Both the position numbers and the translations under genes were made by a program. Below are positions 63,493 to 64,000 of a stretch of DNA of 64,000 nt, piece by piece; position 1 is the first letter of the stretch; every line of letters begins with the position of its first letter. Under the pieces are notes generated by a model that worked only from the letters and a program-made list of their open reading frames with translations, ran no database searches and had not been told where the DNA came from. Where the stretch lies: UHGV virus genome UHGV-1451962; one strand, written 5' to 3'. The DNA is from a virus.

Positions 63493-64000
63493 TCAATTTT
63501 TTTCTGTCAAACTAATATATTCATTCATTTTATTAGAAATTAAAATTGCGTTTCTACATAAATGACAAGAAATATCTGGTTCTTGACATCTCTGTCCGCA
63601 ATTCAATCTGTTTGAACAAAAACTATTTGCAATATAAATATTATTAGTTGGTAAATTTAGTTGTCTAATTAAATTATTTAAATCAAAAGGAAAAATCTTT
63701 CTTTTATAAATATTGAATAAAGTTTCTTCTGCATCTTTGCTGTTATCTCTAAAGTCTAAAATATCTATATATTTAGAATAATTATCTATATCTTCTGGTC
63801 GAATATAAAAAGAATTTTCATTATCTGAAGATGCCCATTGCGCGTTTGGCGACATATGCGGAGTGACCCTAATCTTTATTTTTCCTTTTGCTTTTCCAAT
63901 TTTTTCCATTTGGAATCCTAAAGCTCCGTCAATATAAATATCTGAAACTCCAATATTTTTTAAATTATTAAAAGTTTCCCAATCTGAAACCGGCAAATCT
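63493..64000 (-). CDS. hypothetical protein, 5' end outside window (possible U32-like C-terminal Cys motif)
   Basis: Frame open to window edge; C-terminal IANSFCSNRLNCGQRC loosely resembles the U32-family Cys signature. Confidence 0.4.
   Translation of the reverse strand, partial: DLPVSDWETFNNLKNIGVSDIYIDGALGFQMEKIGKAKGKIKIRVTPHMSPNAQWASSDNENSFYIRPEDIDNYSKYIDILDFRDNSKDAEETLFNIYKRKIFPFDLNNLIRQLNLPTNNIYIANSFCSNRLNCGQRCQEPDISCHLCRNAILISNKMNEYISLTEKN

Overview
This 64-kb window is from a very AT-rich (roughly 30% GC by eye) dsDNA bacteriophage, probably one infecting a low-GC Gram-positive and likely anaerobic host. All calls are by-eye motif recognition on the sequence and supplied ORF track; no database or folding search was run. 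Coding density is high and almost every gene from about 6.9 kb to 64 kb is on the minus strand. A short plus-strand block (0.4-6.9 kb) carries a tail fibre, an XkdX-like gene, a small serine recombinase and Cys-rich proteins. Recognisable content: a replication and nucleotide-metabolism module (PolIII-alpha/PHP polymerase, DnaB-like helicase, primase, RecD-like and RecJ-like proteins, DnaQ-like exonuclease, topo II A and B, DNA ligase, RNase H, RuvC, dUTPase, ThyX, NrdD/NrdG, guanylate kinase-like), a holin/endolysin pair, two tail-fibre blocks, about 17 tRNA genes in two islands, an RNA end-healing/ligation gene set, and a group I intron with a LAGLIDADG homing endonuclease splitting a PhoH2-like gene. 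The strongest candidate for a novel system is a radical-SAM/SPASM enzyme translationally coupled to a 214-aa protein carrying about 28 Cys in Cys-x2-Cys repeats where nearly every Cys is followed by D/E/N/Q, sitting directly downstream of tail-fibre genes. A second candidate is a TROVE/vWA-like (Ro60-like) gene abutting the tRNA island with unexplained GC-elevated non-coding stretches.
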